Under the pieces are notes generated by a model. That model was not told the DNA's origin. It ran no database searches and was given only the letters and a program-made list of their open reading frames with translations. A stretch of 64,000 nucleotides of DNA from a virus: the IMG/VR virus record IMGVR_UViG_3300045988_183986; one strand, 5' to 3'. The position numbers and the translations under genes were made by a program. Positions 47,301 to 62,300 of the stretch are shown piece by piece (the first letter of the stretch is position 1; each line of letters begins with the position of its first letter).

Positions 47301-50300
47301 CAGTAGGCTTATCTACAGACTTGGTAATAGAGATTTCCGGAATCTCGGTCTCAACTTCGGAACCGGGGACTTTCACTTCGACCTTATTGGACGGAATGTC
47401 CGTATCGGGGTCAATAGGTTTATCCGGGTCCTTGCCGTGTCCGGGATTCTCAGGGTCTTCCGGATTCGTGCCGGGCACATGTGCCGTGGCAACATTTTCC
47501 AGAATGTGAGTGGGTACATCTGCAATCTGCACCGTGTAGGTGTAGGTTAGAACGGCGTCTGCACCAGCAGCAATCTTATCGATTACAAAGTGTCCGTCAA
47601 CGAACTTGTAGCCGACACCATTTGTGCCGGTAATCGTTCCAGCAAAGTTGTTGGAATCGCTTACGACCACATTGGTGATGTCATGCGCCTTGCCGTTGTG
47701 AATCGTAACCGTGTAGGTCACGACCTCACCGGGCTCTGCAATCTTCTTGTCACCGCTCTTGACAATCGTAACTTCGCCATCCTTCGGAACAACGACTTCA
47801 ACGGGGTCTGCCTTGATGACATACTCGCCGTCATCGGTCGTGTAGCGAACATCAGCTTTGTTGACCAGTGTAGAGGGGTCGGTAGTCTTCACCGTATAGG
47901 TGTAGAGAATATCGATGCTCTCACCAGCCTTGATGCTGGGGATAGTCCAAGTATGGTTGCCATTGTAGGTGTACTTGGCGTTGTCTTTAGAGGTGATTGC
48001 ACCTGTAAAGTTGTTGGTATCGCTGACCAGCAGGTCGGTAACGGTCTTATCAGTCGTGTTCTTCACCGTGATGGTGTAGTTGACGACTTCATCGACCATC
48101 GCCACATGCTTGTCTGCGGTTTTCTCGATGTCAATGGGAGGAGTCGGGTCTTTCACAACAGCAGCGTTCAGGACCATCGGTGCATCTCCGGCAACGACCG
48201 TGTAAGTGAAGCGGAGCGTAATGCTCTGACCCTTCTCCACATTCGCAACCGTGTAGGTGTAATCACCGTTATCCGTCACACCGTCCATCGGAACGAAGTT
48301 CAGGACACCGTTACCGTCAAAGAAATCCTTGACGATAGCGTTCTTGACTGCCTGTCCGCCAACATTCGTCAGCGTAATCGTGTAGTTCAGCGTATCGCCA
48401 ACCTTGGCTTCCGTTTTATCTACACTCTTAACGATTTCGAGCTTGCCTTCCGGCACATCAACATGCGTGCCGTCACCGGGAACCTCAACATCGACCTTGT
48501 TGGAAGGAATCTCCTCATCAGGGTCGCCGGGGTTCTTGCCGGGGACATGAGCCGTTGCAATGTTTTCAAGAATCTTGGTCGGAACATCGGCAATCTGGAC
48601 TGTGTAGGTGTAACGGACCACTGCGTCACCGCCAGCAGGAATCTTGTCAATGACAAATTCGCCGTTGGTGAACTTGTAGCCAGCGCCATCTACGCCTTCA
48701 ATCTTGCCCGCGAAGTTGTTCGCGTCAGTCAGACGGACATTCTTGATGTCGTAATCCTTACCGTTGTGAATTGTAACCGTATAGGTAACGACCTCGTTCG
48801 GCTCAGCCTTGGTCTTGTCGGCAGTCTTAAAGATGGTAACGACACCATCGTTAGGCTTTTCGACTTCGACGGGGTTGGACGGAATATCGTAGTCAGTACC
48901 GTTGTAGCTATAACGCACATCGGCAGTGTTTTCAATGACAGTTTCATCGCTTGCCTGCATCGTATAGGTGTAGGTAATGTCGATGGACTTGCCGGATTCG
49001 AGCGTTGCGATGGTCCAAGTCTTATCACCGTTGTAGGTGTAGCCCTTGCCATCTTTGCCTTCGATTTCGCCCTTGAAGTTGTTCGTATCGCTTACCAGCA
49101 GATTCGTCAAGGTGTCCTTGGAATTGTTCTTCACCGTAATGGTGTAGGTAACAATCTCATTAACCTTAGCGATATGCTTGTCTGCGCTCTTCACAATATC
49201 CGTGGACGGTTTGGGAGTTGTGATGACTGCCGCGTTCAAAACCTCAGGTGCGTCACCGTCAACCACCACATAGGTGAAGTTAAGCGTTACGCTCTCGCCA
49301 GCCTTGACACTTGCAATCGTGTAGGTGTCATCACCGTTATCGGTGACGCCATCCATAGCCACGAAGTTCAGTGTGCCCTTGCCGTCGAAGAAGTCCTTGA
49401 CCATGACATTCTCGGCATCGCCCTTACCGTTGTTCTTGACAGTAATCGTGTAGTTCAGGGTATCACCGACAGCGGCTTCACTCTTGTCTACACTCTTCGT
49501 CAGAACAAGGTCAGGAATCTTGGTTTCTGTCTCGGAACCCGGAACCTCAACATCGACAGGATTCGAAGGAATCTTCTCATCGTTATCGATAGGCTTATTC
49601 GGGTCTTTACCGTGACCGGGGTTGTTCGGGTCTTCGGGGTTCATTCCGGGAACATCAGCCGTAGCGATGTTTTCCAGAATCTGAGTAGGCACATCACCAA
49701 TTTCAACCGTGTAGGTGTAGGTCAGAGTGACCGAAGCGCCTGCGGCAATCTCAGCGATATGGAACTCGCCGTTCTCGAAGGTGTAATCTGCGCCGTCAAC
49801 ACCAGTGATTTCACCAGCGAAGTTGTTGGCATCAGTTACTACAACATCGTGAACATCGAAGCCCTTGTTGTTGGTAACGGTTACATTGTAGGTGACGACC
49901 TCACCCGGCTTAGCCATCTTCTTGTCCGCTTCTTTGTGGATGGAGACAGTGCCCTTATCGGGTACGACCACATCGACAGTCGGCGTATCAAGTTTCACGG
50001 TATCGCCGTTCTCGGAATACGTCACATCAGCCTTGTTCTCGAGGAGCTTCTCATCATTGCTCTGTACCGTGTAGGTATAGGTGATGTTGATAGTCTCCCC
50101 TGCTCCGATTTCCGGAATCGTCCAAGTGCTATCGCCGTTATAGGTGTACTTATCTGTATTGGCGGCATTGATGCTGCCAACAAAGTTATTGGTATCCTTG
50201 ACAGTGACATTCGTCTTTGCTTTGGTATCGGGGTTATACACGCTGATGGTGTAGGTCACGATTTCATCGACAAATGCGAACTTCTTGTCAGCCGTCTTGG

Positions 50301-53300
50301 TGGGTTCGAGCGGCGGGTCAACGGGCGGTGTCGTGACGACAGCGGCGTTCAGGACCTCAGGCTCATCGCCTTCCACGATAACATAGGTGAAGCGGAGCTC
50401 CATGAATGTACCGGCAGGCAGTTTGTTGATGGTGTAAGTGCCATCACCGTTCACTACAACACCGACAGCCGGGATGTAGTTGAGTTTACCGTGTCCATCG
50501 AAGAAGTCTTCGACCAGAATATTTTTCAGTTCGCCATCGCCAACATTAGACACCTTAACGGTGTAATGCAGCATATCGCCAACAGAAGCACTCTTCTTGT
50601 CTACGAATTTCTCGACTTTCAACTTGCCCTCGGGCGGGTTGACAGGAACAGGTACATCACTGCCGGGAACCTTGACGGTGACCTCGTTAGAAGGCTTCGT
50701 CTTTTCATTCTCAGGAGTCTGGTCTTCGTCAGCGAACCAGTAATGCAGCGTAGCCACATTCTTCAGCTCGTTGTAGGTATCCTGACCCTTACCGGCATCG
50801 GTATTCAGCACAATGTAATCATATTCTACCGTGACAGTCTTGCCAGCCGGAATAGTGCCGACCTTGATGACTGCGGAACCGGCAGATGCAGATTCCAGAG
50901 TACCGTTCTTGACATTCGTGATAACGCCGTTGAAGTTGTTCTTGTCGTGCAGCGCTGCATTCACATAGTCAACAGTGTCATTGTTGTGCATGACGACGGT
51001 ATAATGCACCGTATCGCCGATGTTTGCAATGGCCTTGTCTGCCTGTTTTACAACGGTGGGTCCGACATGTTCCGGCGTGGGAGTTTCGGGGATGACAGGG
51101 ATATCAACCTCATTGGAAGGAATCTTTACCTTGCCGGAATCCGTCACATATGTCATTTCGGCGTTATTGACAAGCATGGCATTGGGAGCATCTTCATTCA
51201 TTACCGTGTAGGTGTAGACAATGTCTACGCTCTCACCAGCGCCGATAGAAGAAATATTCCAGACCTTGTCGCCAATATAGCTTACAACATCAGTGTTTTC
51301 GGCAGGCGTGATAACGCCCGTGAAGTTGTTCGTATCCTTGACCTCAACATTCGTCTTGGTTTCGTTAGTCGTATTGGTAACGGTAATGGTGTAAGTCACC
51401 ACCTCGCCAACTACTACGGTCTGTTTATCTGCCTTTTTCTCGATTTCGGGAATTTCCGGAATCTCGACAGCAGCATTGTTTACGACATCCTTGTCGCCTT
51501 CCTGTACGGTATAGGTGACAGGAATCTCAACGACCTCACCAGCCGCAATTTCTGCGATGGTGAAGGAATGAGTCGCTGCGTCATAGGTGTACTTGTCGGA
51601 ACTTGCAGCATTGATTTCACCAATGCCGTCATTGAAGTCGCGCACAACTACATTCTGAGCAGTCATTGCACCGTTGTTCGTAACGGTAATGGTGTAGTGA
51701 ATGGTATCGCCAATCATCACACTGGATTCAAGAGAAGTCTTCACAACGCGAATGTCGCGGTCAGGCACTTCGCCTACATGGACAGTCTCAGTATCGGGGT
51801 CGCTCGTAACAGTCTTGTTGTCGGGGTTCTTGCCCTCAGCAACAGCCGTATTCACGATGTTACCGTTATCGAGGTTCATGTCCTCTGCCACAGCAGTATA
51901 GACATAAGTGATTTCAACGGAATCGCCTGCGTTCAGCTCAGGAATCATCCACTTGCCGTTTCCGTCATACATCAAATCGCCAGTGTACTTGACAGTGCCG
52001 TTGCCGTTGGATGTATCGGTAACGATAACATTCGTCAGCTTGGTATTGCCACTGTTCTTGACGGTCAGAGTATAGGTTACGGTCGTGTCATTGCCGTTCA
52101 TATCAACGAAGCTCTTGTCAGCGTTCTTTACGATGGTCAGTTCATCACGGAGCACATCAACCTCAACAGGTTTAGAAGGTTCTTCGATGTCCTTGTCACC
52201 CGGAATCTCAGTATCGGGATTCTTGGGAGCGTGAGCAGTAGCTACGTTGATAATCGTTTCGGGGTCACCGTTCTGCACAATATACAGGTAATTCAGAGTA
52301 ACGGAATCACCGATATTCAGAGCAGGAATGGTGAACAGTCTGGTTTCGGGGTTATAGGTATATCCGTCGCCGGTAGAGACGATAAACATACCCAGAGCAT
52401 TGGTGTCATCGGAGACGGTAACATTCGTCATATCGACAGTGCCGTCGTTCGTGACAGTGACCTGATACTTGACGACTTCGCCGGGATAAGCGTGGTCGCG
52501 GTCAGCAGACTTGACAATCGTCAGGTGCTTGTAGTACAGCGGCACGATTACTTCGTTGGAATCGACAGGTTTCTCAGGAATAGTCGGGTCTTCGCGAGCA
52601 GGAATCGTTGCGGTAGCAATGTTATCCAGCTTGCCGTTTGCGAGGTCATCTGCAACAACCGTGTACTTATAGGTGATGGTTACGGACTTACCAACGCCAA
52701 GGCTGGTGATTGTCCATGTTCCATCATCGTTGACACGATAGCCGAAGTGGAGCTTCGTGTTCTCGACAGGCTCGCCCATGAAGTTGTTCGTATCCTTTAC
52801 GACAACATTTTCAAGCTTCGTGTTGCCCGTATTGGTGACTTTCAGCGTGTAAGTGACGACATCACCTACGCCAGCCTCAGTCTTATCAGCACTCTTTTCG
52901 ATGGTCAGATTCTGACGGATGATTTCCACATCAACATCAGGAGTCTCAACCAACCAATCCTTGTTAGGCTCGGTATAGTTCGGAGTGGTGCTGCCATCAG
53001 GGTTCTCAGTATAGCTCTCGACTACCTTCATATCGGTAATCTTGGCGTTGTTTTCGAGGATATCGTTGTTGTTGGTGCCGTGGTCGGTCGGGTCTACCGT
53101 GTAGGTATAGGTGAACGTTACAGCATTGGTATGGGTTTCATCGCGCAGATGGGAAATCTCTGCGATAACGAACTCGCCCTTCTCTGCATCATAGGTCACA
53201 CCGTTTGCCTGAGACAGGACAGGAACACCAACGAAGTTGTTGGTATCTTTAACGATGACGTTGTGCAGGTCATGACTGGTCGCGTTCGTAACGGTAATCG

Positions 53301-56300
53301 TGTAGCGAATCACATCGTAATCCGTAGCGCGTTCACGGTCAGCAGATTTCTCGATAGAGACAATTTCCTTATCGCGAACGGTCAGAGTACCATCCACATA
53401 CTTGATGATGTAGTTGGCATTGCTGCCGCTGCCATCTTCGGTGTTGATGATAACTGCATCGCTGGGAACGTTCTTGCTGGAACCCACTTCGGTCTGAGAA
53501 CCGGTTACGGTCACAGAATCCATCTTATCGTGAATGCCAAGCAGGTCGTTATCTACGAGTTCCGGAGCGTAGGTATAGCCGGGTTCCGTCAACGGAGTAC
53601 CGTCATATACCTTTTCTGCGGAGTTTGCAGTAATGGTTACCTCACGCGGGTCAATGAAGAAATGTCCGGGAGTTACTGTGCCAATCTCAATATTATCTAC
53701 CTCTGTATAGGTAGGAACAATGGAATAGCCGGGGTTCTCGGTACGAACATTCTCACCCGGAACACGAGCTGCATCCAGATTCAGGGCACGGTCGATATAA
53801 TCGCGCAGGTCCTTATCCGGAGTGTAAGGCTCATCCTTCTCGTTCGTGAGCGTATAGGAAACATTGAACTTATCTGGGTCGTTATCACCGTAGGTCTTGC
53901 GGTCGTCTTCTGCCTTGATGTTAATAATCAAGGGTTTGACGGTCAACTTACCATCGATGTAAACGAAATCGTAGTTCGGGTTATGGAAAGTAGAATCCTT
54001 GGCAGATACAGGATATTCACCAACAGGGCTCCACTTCTCTGCATCAGTCTTGGTCTTGAGCGCATCTTTACCACCGATATCATCGATGGTGTCACCGCGC
54101 TTATAGCCGGTAATGGTTACGTTGGGTGTCGGGTTATCTTCGCCGAAATACTTTTCGTCGTCAATAACTGTAACAACGATGGTTGCAGGTACAATAGTCA
54201 GAGTTCCGGGAGTGGTAATGATTTCGTAGTTGCCGGACGGGTCAGTGCCATCAATGGTGATGGGATACTTGCCTACCTGCTCACCGTCATCAGTATCAGC
54301 GCCGGGACGCTTTGTGGTGATATCGAAGAAGTCTTCGTCACCGGGATTGACCAGTTCTTCGGGGTCAGTAATCGTCCAAGTCAGCGGGTCGGGGTCTTTC
54401 TCTCCGTAAACCTTCTGCTGGTCATCTGCCTTCACATGGATAGGTTTCTTACCAATCGTCAGGTCACCGCCAACATAGATAAACTTGTAATTGCTCTTGT
54501 CAGCAACCAACTGCTGTCTATCGTAGTTGATGGGATAATTACCAACTTTCGTCTTATTCGTTACGGGATTGCCAGCGTTATCGTTGCAGTACATTGTAGC
54601 AGTGCCGGAGACCTTGGATTCATCGTCCTTGATACCGGTACCTGTTTCGTCCTTAACGTCACGACCGACAAAACCTGTGATGGAATAAGTGAATTCGGGA
54701 ATCTCATCGCCGTAGGTGGTCTTGTATCCGCCATCGACCGTAACAGTGAGCGTTGCGGGGATGATTTTCAGAGAACCATCGTATACGGTAACGGCATAGT
54801 TCTTGTTGCTTGTATCGTACTTTGCGGAAATGAGGTAATCACCATCATAGAGGGTAGTTCCCCACTTATTGAGAGAATCTGCTGCAGTGACATCGCCGCG
54901 CACAACATTCTCACCCTTGGTGCGGTACAACTCAACATTCAGCGGGCTGTTTTCGGGGTCAATCAGGCCAATCACATTGCCAGCATTGTCTTCGTAATGG
55001 AAGGTAAATGCCGGGTCAGCAGTGCCGTAGGTCTTGACCTTATGGTCAATACGAACAATCAGTTCCTTCGGGTTGACAGTGATATCGCCATTGACATAGC
55101 GGATAACATAGTTCTTCTCGAAGTTTGTGTTGCTCTTGACTTCGAAAGTGGAGCCGATATGCTCTTCACCGTCTTCCAGAACAACGCAATCCGGGTTCAC
55201 CGCATCCTCGTTGTTGTTGCCAGCAGTTACGATGTACTTGCCAGCGTCAGACAGGTCGAAGCACAGAGTAGCGAAGCCAAGTTCACCGTTCAGAACGGTT
55301 TCCTTCGTGTCATCACGCTTGAAGCCGGTAATATCGGCATCAAATGCGGGATTCTCTTCGCCATAGGTCTTGGAATAGCCACCCTTTACGGTAACAACCA
55401 GCTCAGCCGGAGTAATCGTAAAGTTGCCGTTCTCCATGGTAATAACGTAGTTGGTGATACCATCCTTGCTGACAGGGCTGATATCGTTGGCATTGATGGC
55501 GTAAGCCTTGCCGAACGAATGCTCGCCAGTCCAGACATCTTCACCGGGTTCACGAGTCACGCCAGTACCTTCGAGGTCGCCGGGCTGGACAGGCACATCC
55601 GCGCCTTCCTTCTCGGTGAGAACGGGACCGTTTGCGTACTCGATGTAGTAGTTGCCATCTTCGCCACGGACACCGTCATGGAGCGTGTACTTCAATTCAG
55701 GGTCAGCGTCGCCGTAAACCTTGGTGTTATCCGCAGCAATAACGGAAACGGGGCGAGGAATGATAGTCAGGTTGCCAGCGGTAATCGTGATGTCATCATC
55801 ATCATAGATGGTGCTGTGGACACCGGACAGGCTGATGCAATCCTTGTAAGTGCCGCTGGAGCTGGTCTGTGTATCCAGATGGGTAAAGGTAAAGGAATTG
55901 GTGTTGATACCGGCTTCCTCTGCCGTGATTTCAACAGCCTCGCCGTTTTCTACCTTAAACACATGATAGGTGTAATCGGTAGAACCATCGTAGAAGCGGT
56001 TGACACGGTCGCCGTAATAGCGAACCTTATCATCCACGGTAATCATCAGACCCTGACGCTTGACAATGAGGTCGTTTGCGTAACGGTACTCAAAGTCGTA
56101 GTTCGGGTTATCCAGCTCAAGCTGTTTCTGGTCGTTCGCTGCGAGGTTACCGATTTGACGGTCCTGCGGCGTGGAGTAGACGGGATAAGAACCGACTTCC
56201 TCACCCTCTGCACGGACCAGATTGAAGACGATGGGAACCTTATCGGGGTTCACAACAACGCTTGCATCCGTGATACGGCTGCCTGCGCCGAGCTTCTGCT

Positions 56301-59300
56301 GACCATTTACGGAATTATGGGTAATCATATCGGTCAGGGTGAAATCCTGAACCTTATCAGCATCGCCCAGTTCCTTCTGCCAGCCAGTGACTTCCAGCAG
56401 CATCGGACGAGGTTTGATAGTCAGAACACCGGGCGTGTAGTTCGCAATCGTATAGTTATAACCGCCATCTGCGTTTTCACGAGGTACGAGAATCGTATGC
56501 TCTTCGCAGTAACTCTTATCGCCATACAAGTAATTGGAACCGACATCGGTGTACTTATTGTAAGTCAGGTTGATGTAATCGCTCAGAGTATTCTTTGCGG
56601 TTTCAAGAACCTTTGCGGTTGCGCCATCGTTATTCTTCAAAGCAACATCAGCAGTATCGCCGTGCTTCAAGCCAACAACGGTCAGCGTGTAGTCGTTTTT
56701 GTTATCTTCGCCGTAGTAACGCTCCTGATTACCGAATACGATTGTCAACGGGACAGGCGTAATGGTCATCTTAGCGTCGTTCGTTTCGACGATATAGTTG
56801 CTTGCTGTGCTCTTTTCGTAAGAGATACGGATGGTATAGCCTTCGTCACGGACATTCTCACCGCTGTCACGAACTGCCTTGATGCCGAGCATTTCGCTGG
56901 TAGGCTTAATGATTTCGCCATCGACAGTCCACTTCAATGCGGGTTCCGTGCCGCCGTATGCCTTCGTTGCATCGAGAGCCGCAATGCGAATCAGACGAGG
57001 ATGTACTTTCAGAACATTGGACTCGTAAACGAGTTCGTAGTTGGAAACTACCTGTCCTTCACTGTTCGTGACGGTCTTGATGCCAAGAGTATTGCCGTAA
57101 CCGGTGTTTTCGTTCACGGATACAGGATATCCGTTTACGGGAACATGGGTATGCGGATGGTCATCGTCATGATAATGCTCATGACCCTTGTGCATTTCGT
57201 TGTATTTCTCCAAGCAGTAAGCGCATTCTTCTTCGGGAACATCCGTCTGATAGATTACATCACTGCTCTGTGTAGCGGTTGTCAGATAAGGCAGATTAGA
57301 AGTGCCGTTCTTGAATGCCAGAGCGGTGCGGGAAGCGCCGTTTACGACCTCAACCACATTACCGATGGTATCATTACCAATCAGATGCATGTTGTTGTAA
57401 TCAACGGTAGCGTCATCGCCCAGAACGGTCCAGTTGTTCTCGTCCGAAACATCCAGTTCATTGCCTTGGTCATCTGTGCCAAGAACCTTGAATGTGGAGT
57501 TGAAGAACGGGTTCGTCGTACCGTAAATCTTCTGGCTTTCGTCAACGGAAATCATAATCTTGCGGGGTTTGACCTCGATGGAGCCGGGGTCTTCCGTGAC
57601 AACATAGTTCTTCAACACATCATAGTTGAATTCGTTCAGACCAATGTAAGATACGGGGTAAGAACCAGCATCTGTTGTCTCACTCGGTACTACATTGTAA
57701 ACGAACTTGCTCTGATAGTTGTTTGTTTTCTTCGCTTTCAGGTCGAGTTTTTCATCGTCCTGTGCAGCAGTCTTATGGTCTTCGACCAGACCTTCCATGG
57801 TCAGCCAGCTGTCAGAACCCTTATTCCAGTAGTAGACATCGTCTGCATACGGAAGCTTGATGTTCTTGAAACCGTGTCCATAAGTGGTGCTTACGCTCTT
57901 GACCTGCGCACGCAGCGTCGTACGGTAAATACCACCGCTGAAAGTCTTGTCTGCGATATAGTAGTCGTTGTAGTTGTTATTCACAAGGTACATTTCATTG
58001 TTCTGCTCAATGTCACGTACCAGTGCGTTCGTATCATCGATATCCTGTACAGTGTACTCAAATTCGATGTTTACGGTACCGCCGACCGGAATCGTGTCAA
58101 TGTAGAACTCTGTGCCCTGCTGGTTCATACGAATGCCATTGGTGGATTTCAGAGTGATGGGGCCATTGCCTGCAAATCTGCTCTTGAGACGCAGGTTCTG
58201 GATAGCAACAGGAGCAACATAGTTGTTCTGCGCGGCCAGACCATATCCAGTATCCTTGTTCGTAACTGCAATCGTAACAGTCATCTTCTGACCAACCTGC
58301 GGGGTGGTCGTGCTGTAGCTGTACTTTACAGAATACGGCAGATGGCGAATCGTATTCGTCGAAAGACCATTGTAACGGTCTTCTTTGATGACACCATTGT
58401 CGCCGTTTGCATCATACCCGGTCAGCTGCTCGCCAGCATTGCTGTCAGCATAAGAACCAACATAGGTCTGAGCATTCAGTTCAACGGAATCGTAGTTGGT
58501 GATATTATCAATATAGATATTTCCCTGCCCTTCTTCACCAATATTGGCGTTGTAGTAGGAATCATATACCTTGATGTTGTTCGGATTCACTACCGTGTTC
58601 TGGTAGTTATCCTGCTCGGTCTTGGTATAGCGGGTAATATCGATGTTTTCCTGTTTACCAGCAAGAATCATTTCATATGCCTGCTCGATAGTCACATTCT
58701 GATTATCGTAGACAGTCGTATCGGTCAGATACTTGCCGTTTCCGATATCATTGGAGTTGCCATCGTAGTTCCACTTGTATTTGTTCACATCATGGTACTG
58801 ACTGTGAACATACAGAGGACGAGGATTGATGGTACCAGTGAAATCTTCACTTGCAATATAATAGTTGTCAAACGGGTTGTTAATCAGTTCAAGAATCGTA
58901 ACGGTCTTGATACTGTGCAGACCCGTATGGATGGACTCTCTGAAACTCGTTTTTGCGAAGTCCTCAGGAGCATAGTTTTCGCAATAATAGCCGTAAGCCA
59001 GTGTGCTGTTCAGCGCGACAGTATCGCCGTGAACAATACCGGAATCAGCAGTTGCTGCTTTGATTTTAATATCAGATACCTTTGCGGTGCTGATATTGTC
59101 GTAAATCTTATTGTTGTCATAGCTGTAAAGATGCAGCGGGCGCGGATAAATATCGAAGTATACGACATTACCGTTGCCGGATACATATTCATCAGGTGTA
59201 GTGCTTTCGCCACGGACTACATAAGTCTTGCCGGGCTTCGTGTTCTCCCAGCAGAAAGTAACTTCGTACTTGCCCGTGTAGGTTGCCGTAGCAGTGTAGG

Positions 59301-62300
59301 AACCGGTACGAACGAGAGGCTTCTTCTTGCTATCGGTAGTAGCGTTTGTAGGATATGTGATGTTGGGAGATTCGTTGTTCGAATAGGTGATGTTTACGCC
59401 GCGCAGGATTTCCTGTTCATCGATACCTGCATCGGTATCGCCGTCCCATACAACGTGTGCGGTAACAGTCAACTGGTTGCCGTCGTACATCTTATTAGCA
59501 ACAGTCAGCATGACCTTGGCACGAGTAGGAGTGCATTCGTTTGCATCCTCGAAGCCAATATCCATTGCGTTCTTGCCAACGCGACGATACAGACGCTTAT
59601 TCAGGTCAACAACCTTGATTTTTGCACGACCAGCCTGGCCAATACCGGAACCGGCACCGTCATTCAGCTGGTTTGCACCAGTGACGTTTGCTTTAATGAT
59701 GATGTTGCCGTTGTCAAGGTTTGTACCAACAGAAGCGGCATAAGAAGAACCACGCAATGCACCATCGGTAGAAGCAGACTGCCAACCAGAACCGCCGCCG
59801 TTTTCGTGCAGTGTGTTGTTGTAGCCTTCCTCGTCTTCTCGCTGCATTTTGATATCACTGCTGTGGGTGCCACTGTAAGTCCAGCCACAGATATCGCCAT
59901 GATGGTATTCGTAGCCATCGCTGAAGACCTTGTCTTCCTTTAATGCACAGTGATAACGCTGACCACTGTAGTCTGAACCAGAACCGCCGACACCACGCTC
60001 GGTGTATCCATTGCCGGAGATAATTGCAGCACCGGAACCGCCGCCAGCAACGCCGAACATCGACGAGCCGTCACCGTAGTTCTTCAGCTGTCCGTCACCA
60101 ATAAGGCCGAATGCAACCGTGGTAGCGCCACCACCACCGCCAAAGCCTATGGGAGAATTGCTGTGGTAGCTGTGGTCAGGGTCGCCTCCCCCTTTATAGC
60201 AGTCATAGAACACTGCGCCGACACCACCGGAACCACCGCCGTTATAGCCACCGGAACCACCGGAACCACTGCCGGTAGAACCGCCACCGGAACCACCACC
60301 GGAACCGCCACCGCCTGCACCGCCAGCGACAAAGTAGAGGGTCGTGCCTTCCTTAATGTCTGCTGTGATAATGGTGTGGCTGCCGGAGTTGCCGCTGATA
60401 CCATCTGTCATACTTGCATTGCCGCCGCCAGCACCCCACAGGTCAATCTGATAGGTTGCATCGAACGGAGCGGTCCAAGAAGAAGTGGGATTGTTTCCGT
60501 CATTGGCTTTGAAGGACTTGTCGGCCGCACGAACATTCTTTTCATCGATGTAGAAGAAAACCTGTTCGTTGGTGCCGTCAAACTCTTCCATGTCGTAGCA
60601 ATGATACTGGATAGCATTGCGCCAGAACCATTGCCAGATTTCCTTCGGGTAAGAATAATCGGACCATAATGCATAGCCGTGGTCCAGATAAGGCGCATAG
60701 TCCTCGTTGTTCTTGTCCAGATATCCGCGTTCATCGAGGGAAATGCCAAGTTCAGCCATCGTCTTGCCCTGAACATCAATCTGAGAAGGATTGCCGTTCA
60801 TGTCATAACGAGTAACGGTTGTCATTTGTCCACGATACTGAGTACCGAGATTGACGCTCAGATGGTCACTCTGGTTAAACACAGTACGAGAAGTGTCTCT
60901 GTGCTTGCCATACGGGAACTCATTCACAATCTGATAGCGGGACATAATGTACCGAAGTCCATTAGGCGCTTCAATTGTCAGTTCGGGATACATGAAAATA
61001 GAGTGCTTATCAACGCCGCAACTAACAAGATTGCGCTCGTTTGCATGGATACTGATATTGTAATCCAGCCACAACTCTGCACCAGTGTCGGTGTTATCTT
61101 CATCGATACCGCCGTTCACATAGTCAAAGTTATGAGCAAGGGTATTTGTGATGGTCTGACTCTTCAGTTTCGTGCTGTTGTAGCCGCGAATGTATTCCAG
61201 ATACGGCTTGCACTGGAAATAGAAGTGCTCAGTACCGAAGTCCATCGGGTTCGTTGCGGATTCAATGTGCAGGCTCGTGGTAATGCTCCACTTAGCATAT
61301 GCACTGTTGATGTCAAACGGCTGACCATTCAACATCGTATCCTCAACGGGTTTGATATCATCAATGGTGATGTAGGCGGTGAACTTGCCGAACGGAGAAC
61401 CGGAATGCTCAGTTTCGATTGCGTCCACGACCTGCTTCATCACAGAACTGTCATCTGTATTGATGTCGTATCTGGTTTTGACGATATTTGCCCAGTCTTT
61501 GTAGTTTTCGGTAGTCAAACCGTTACCGTTGTTAGCGTACCCGTTGATATTGATGGGGTTGATGACGGGCTTATAATCGGTAGATTCCGAATTCAAGTCG
61601 TCTTGGAAGCCCCACTGCAATACAGGGATAAGGATACGGTTTCCGGATTCTGTCAATTTGCTGGGAGAGAATGTGATAGTCGTTGTATAAACGGCCACGT
61701 TCTTATCAGAAATCAACGGGTTATTGGAATCGCCTCTGCTGGCATTCCAGTTATCCACTTGGTCTTGCGTTGTCTCAACAGACCAGTAATTCTGACCAAA
61801 ATCGCCAGTCGCATCGCCCTCGCTGTTATGCTCCTGCATCATCAATGCACGGGCTTCCAGCATAGTTGCGGAAACGAAAGGTGCATCGACCTGCAACAAG
61901 CCATAACGGGAAGTGTCGAATCCTGCGTTGTCAGCATCGCCGATTGCGCTGTAGGAGTTCTCGACCTTGGTTCTCTTTTCGTTAAAGCGATAGCTTGCAA
62001 CGATACGGAAATAATATCCGGACCAGTTGTAATCTGCCGCGTGCAGGGTAAGGGTGATAGTAGTGTGTTTCTGAGCACACTGCTGGTCAGTGAAACCATC
62101 AGGACGCCAGAAATCGGCAGGCAGCCATTTGTTGTCATGAATCATACTTGCGGTCTCTTTCCCCTTTGCGAGGGTATCGACCGTATGTGCTTCAATGTCA
62201 ACCTTGTTTACCTGACTATTATCTACGGTATTCAATGTATAAGTACCGCCGAATGTGACGGATGTGGCAAGAGTCTGCCAATCGTCATCATAGGGGTCTT

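Noticed and set aside
47590-59943. 4,117-aa plus-strand ORF (and 37695..42593, 44362..47283, 60679..63069, 63097..63987 plus-strand ORFs)
   Set aside because: They lie entirely antisense to the giant adhesin genes. Translations are low-complexity (V/G/R/I-rich) with no start context. They are open only because the repetitive sense strand is stop-poor in the reverse frame.
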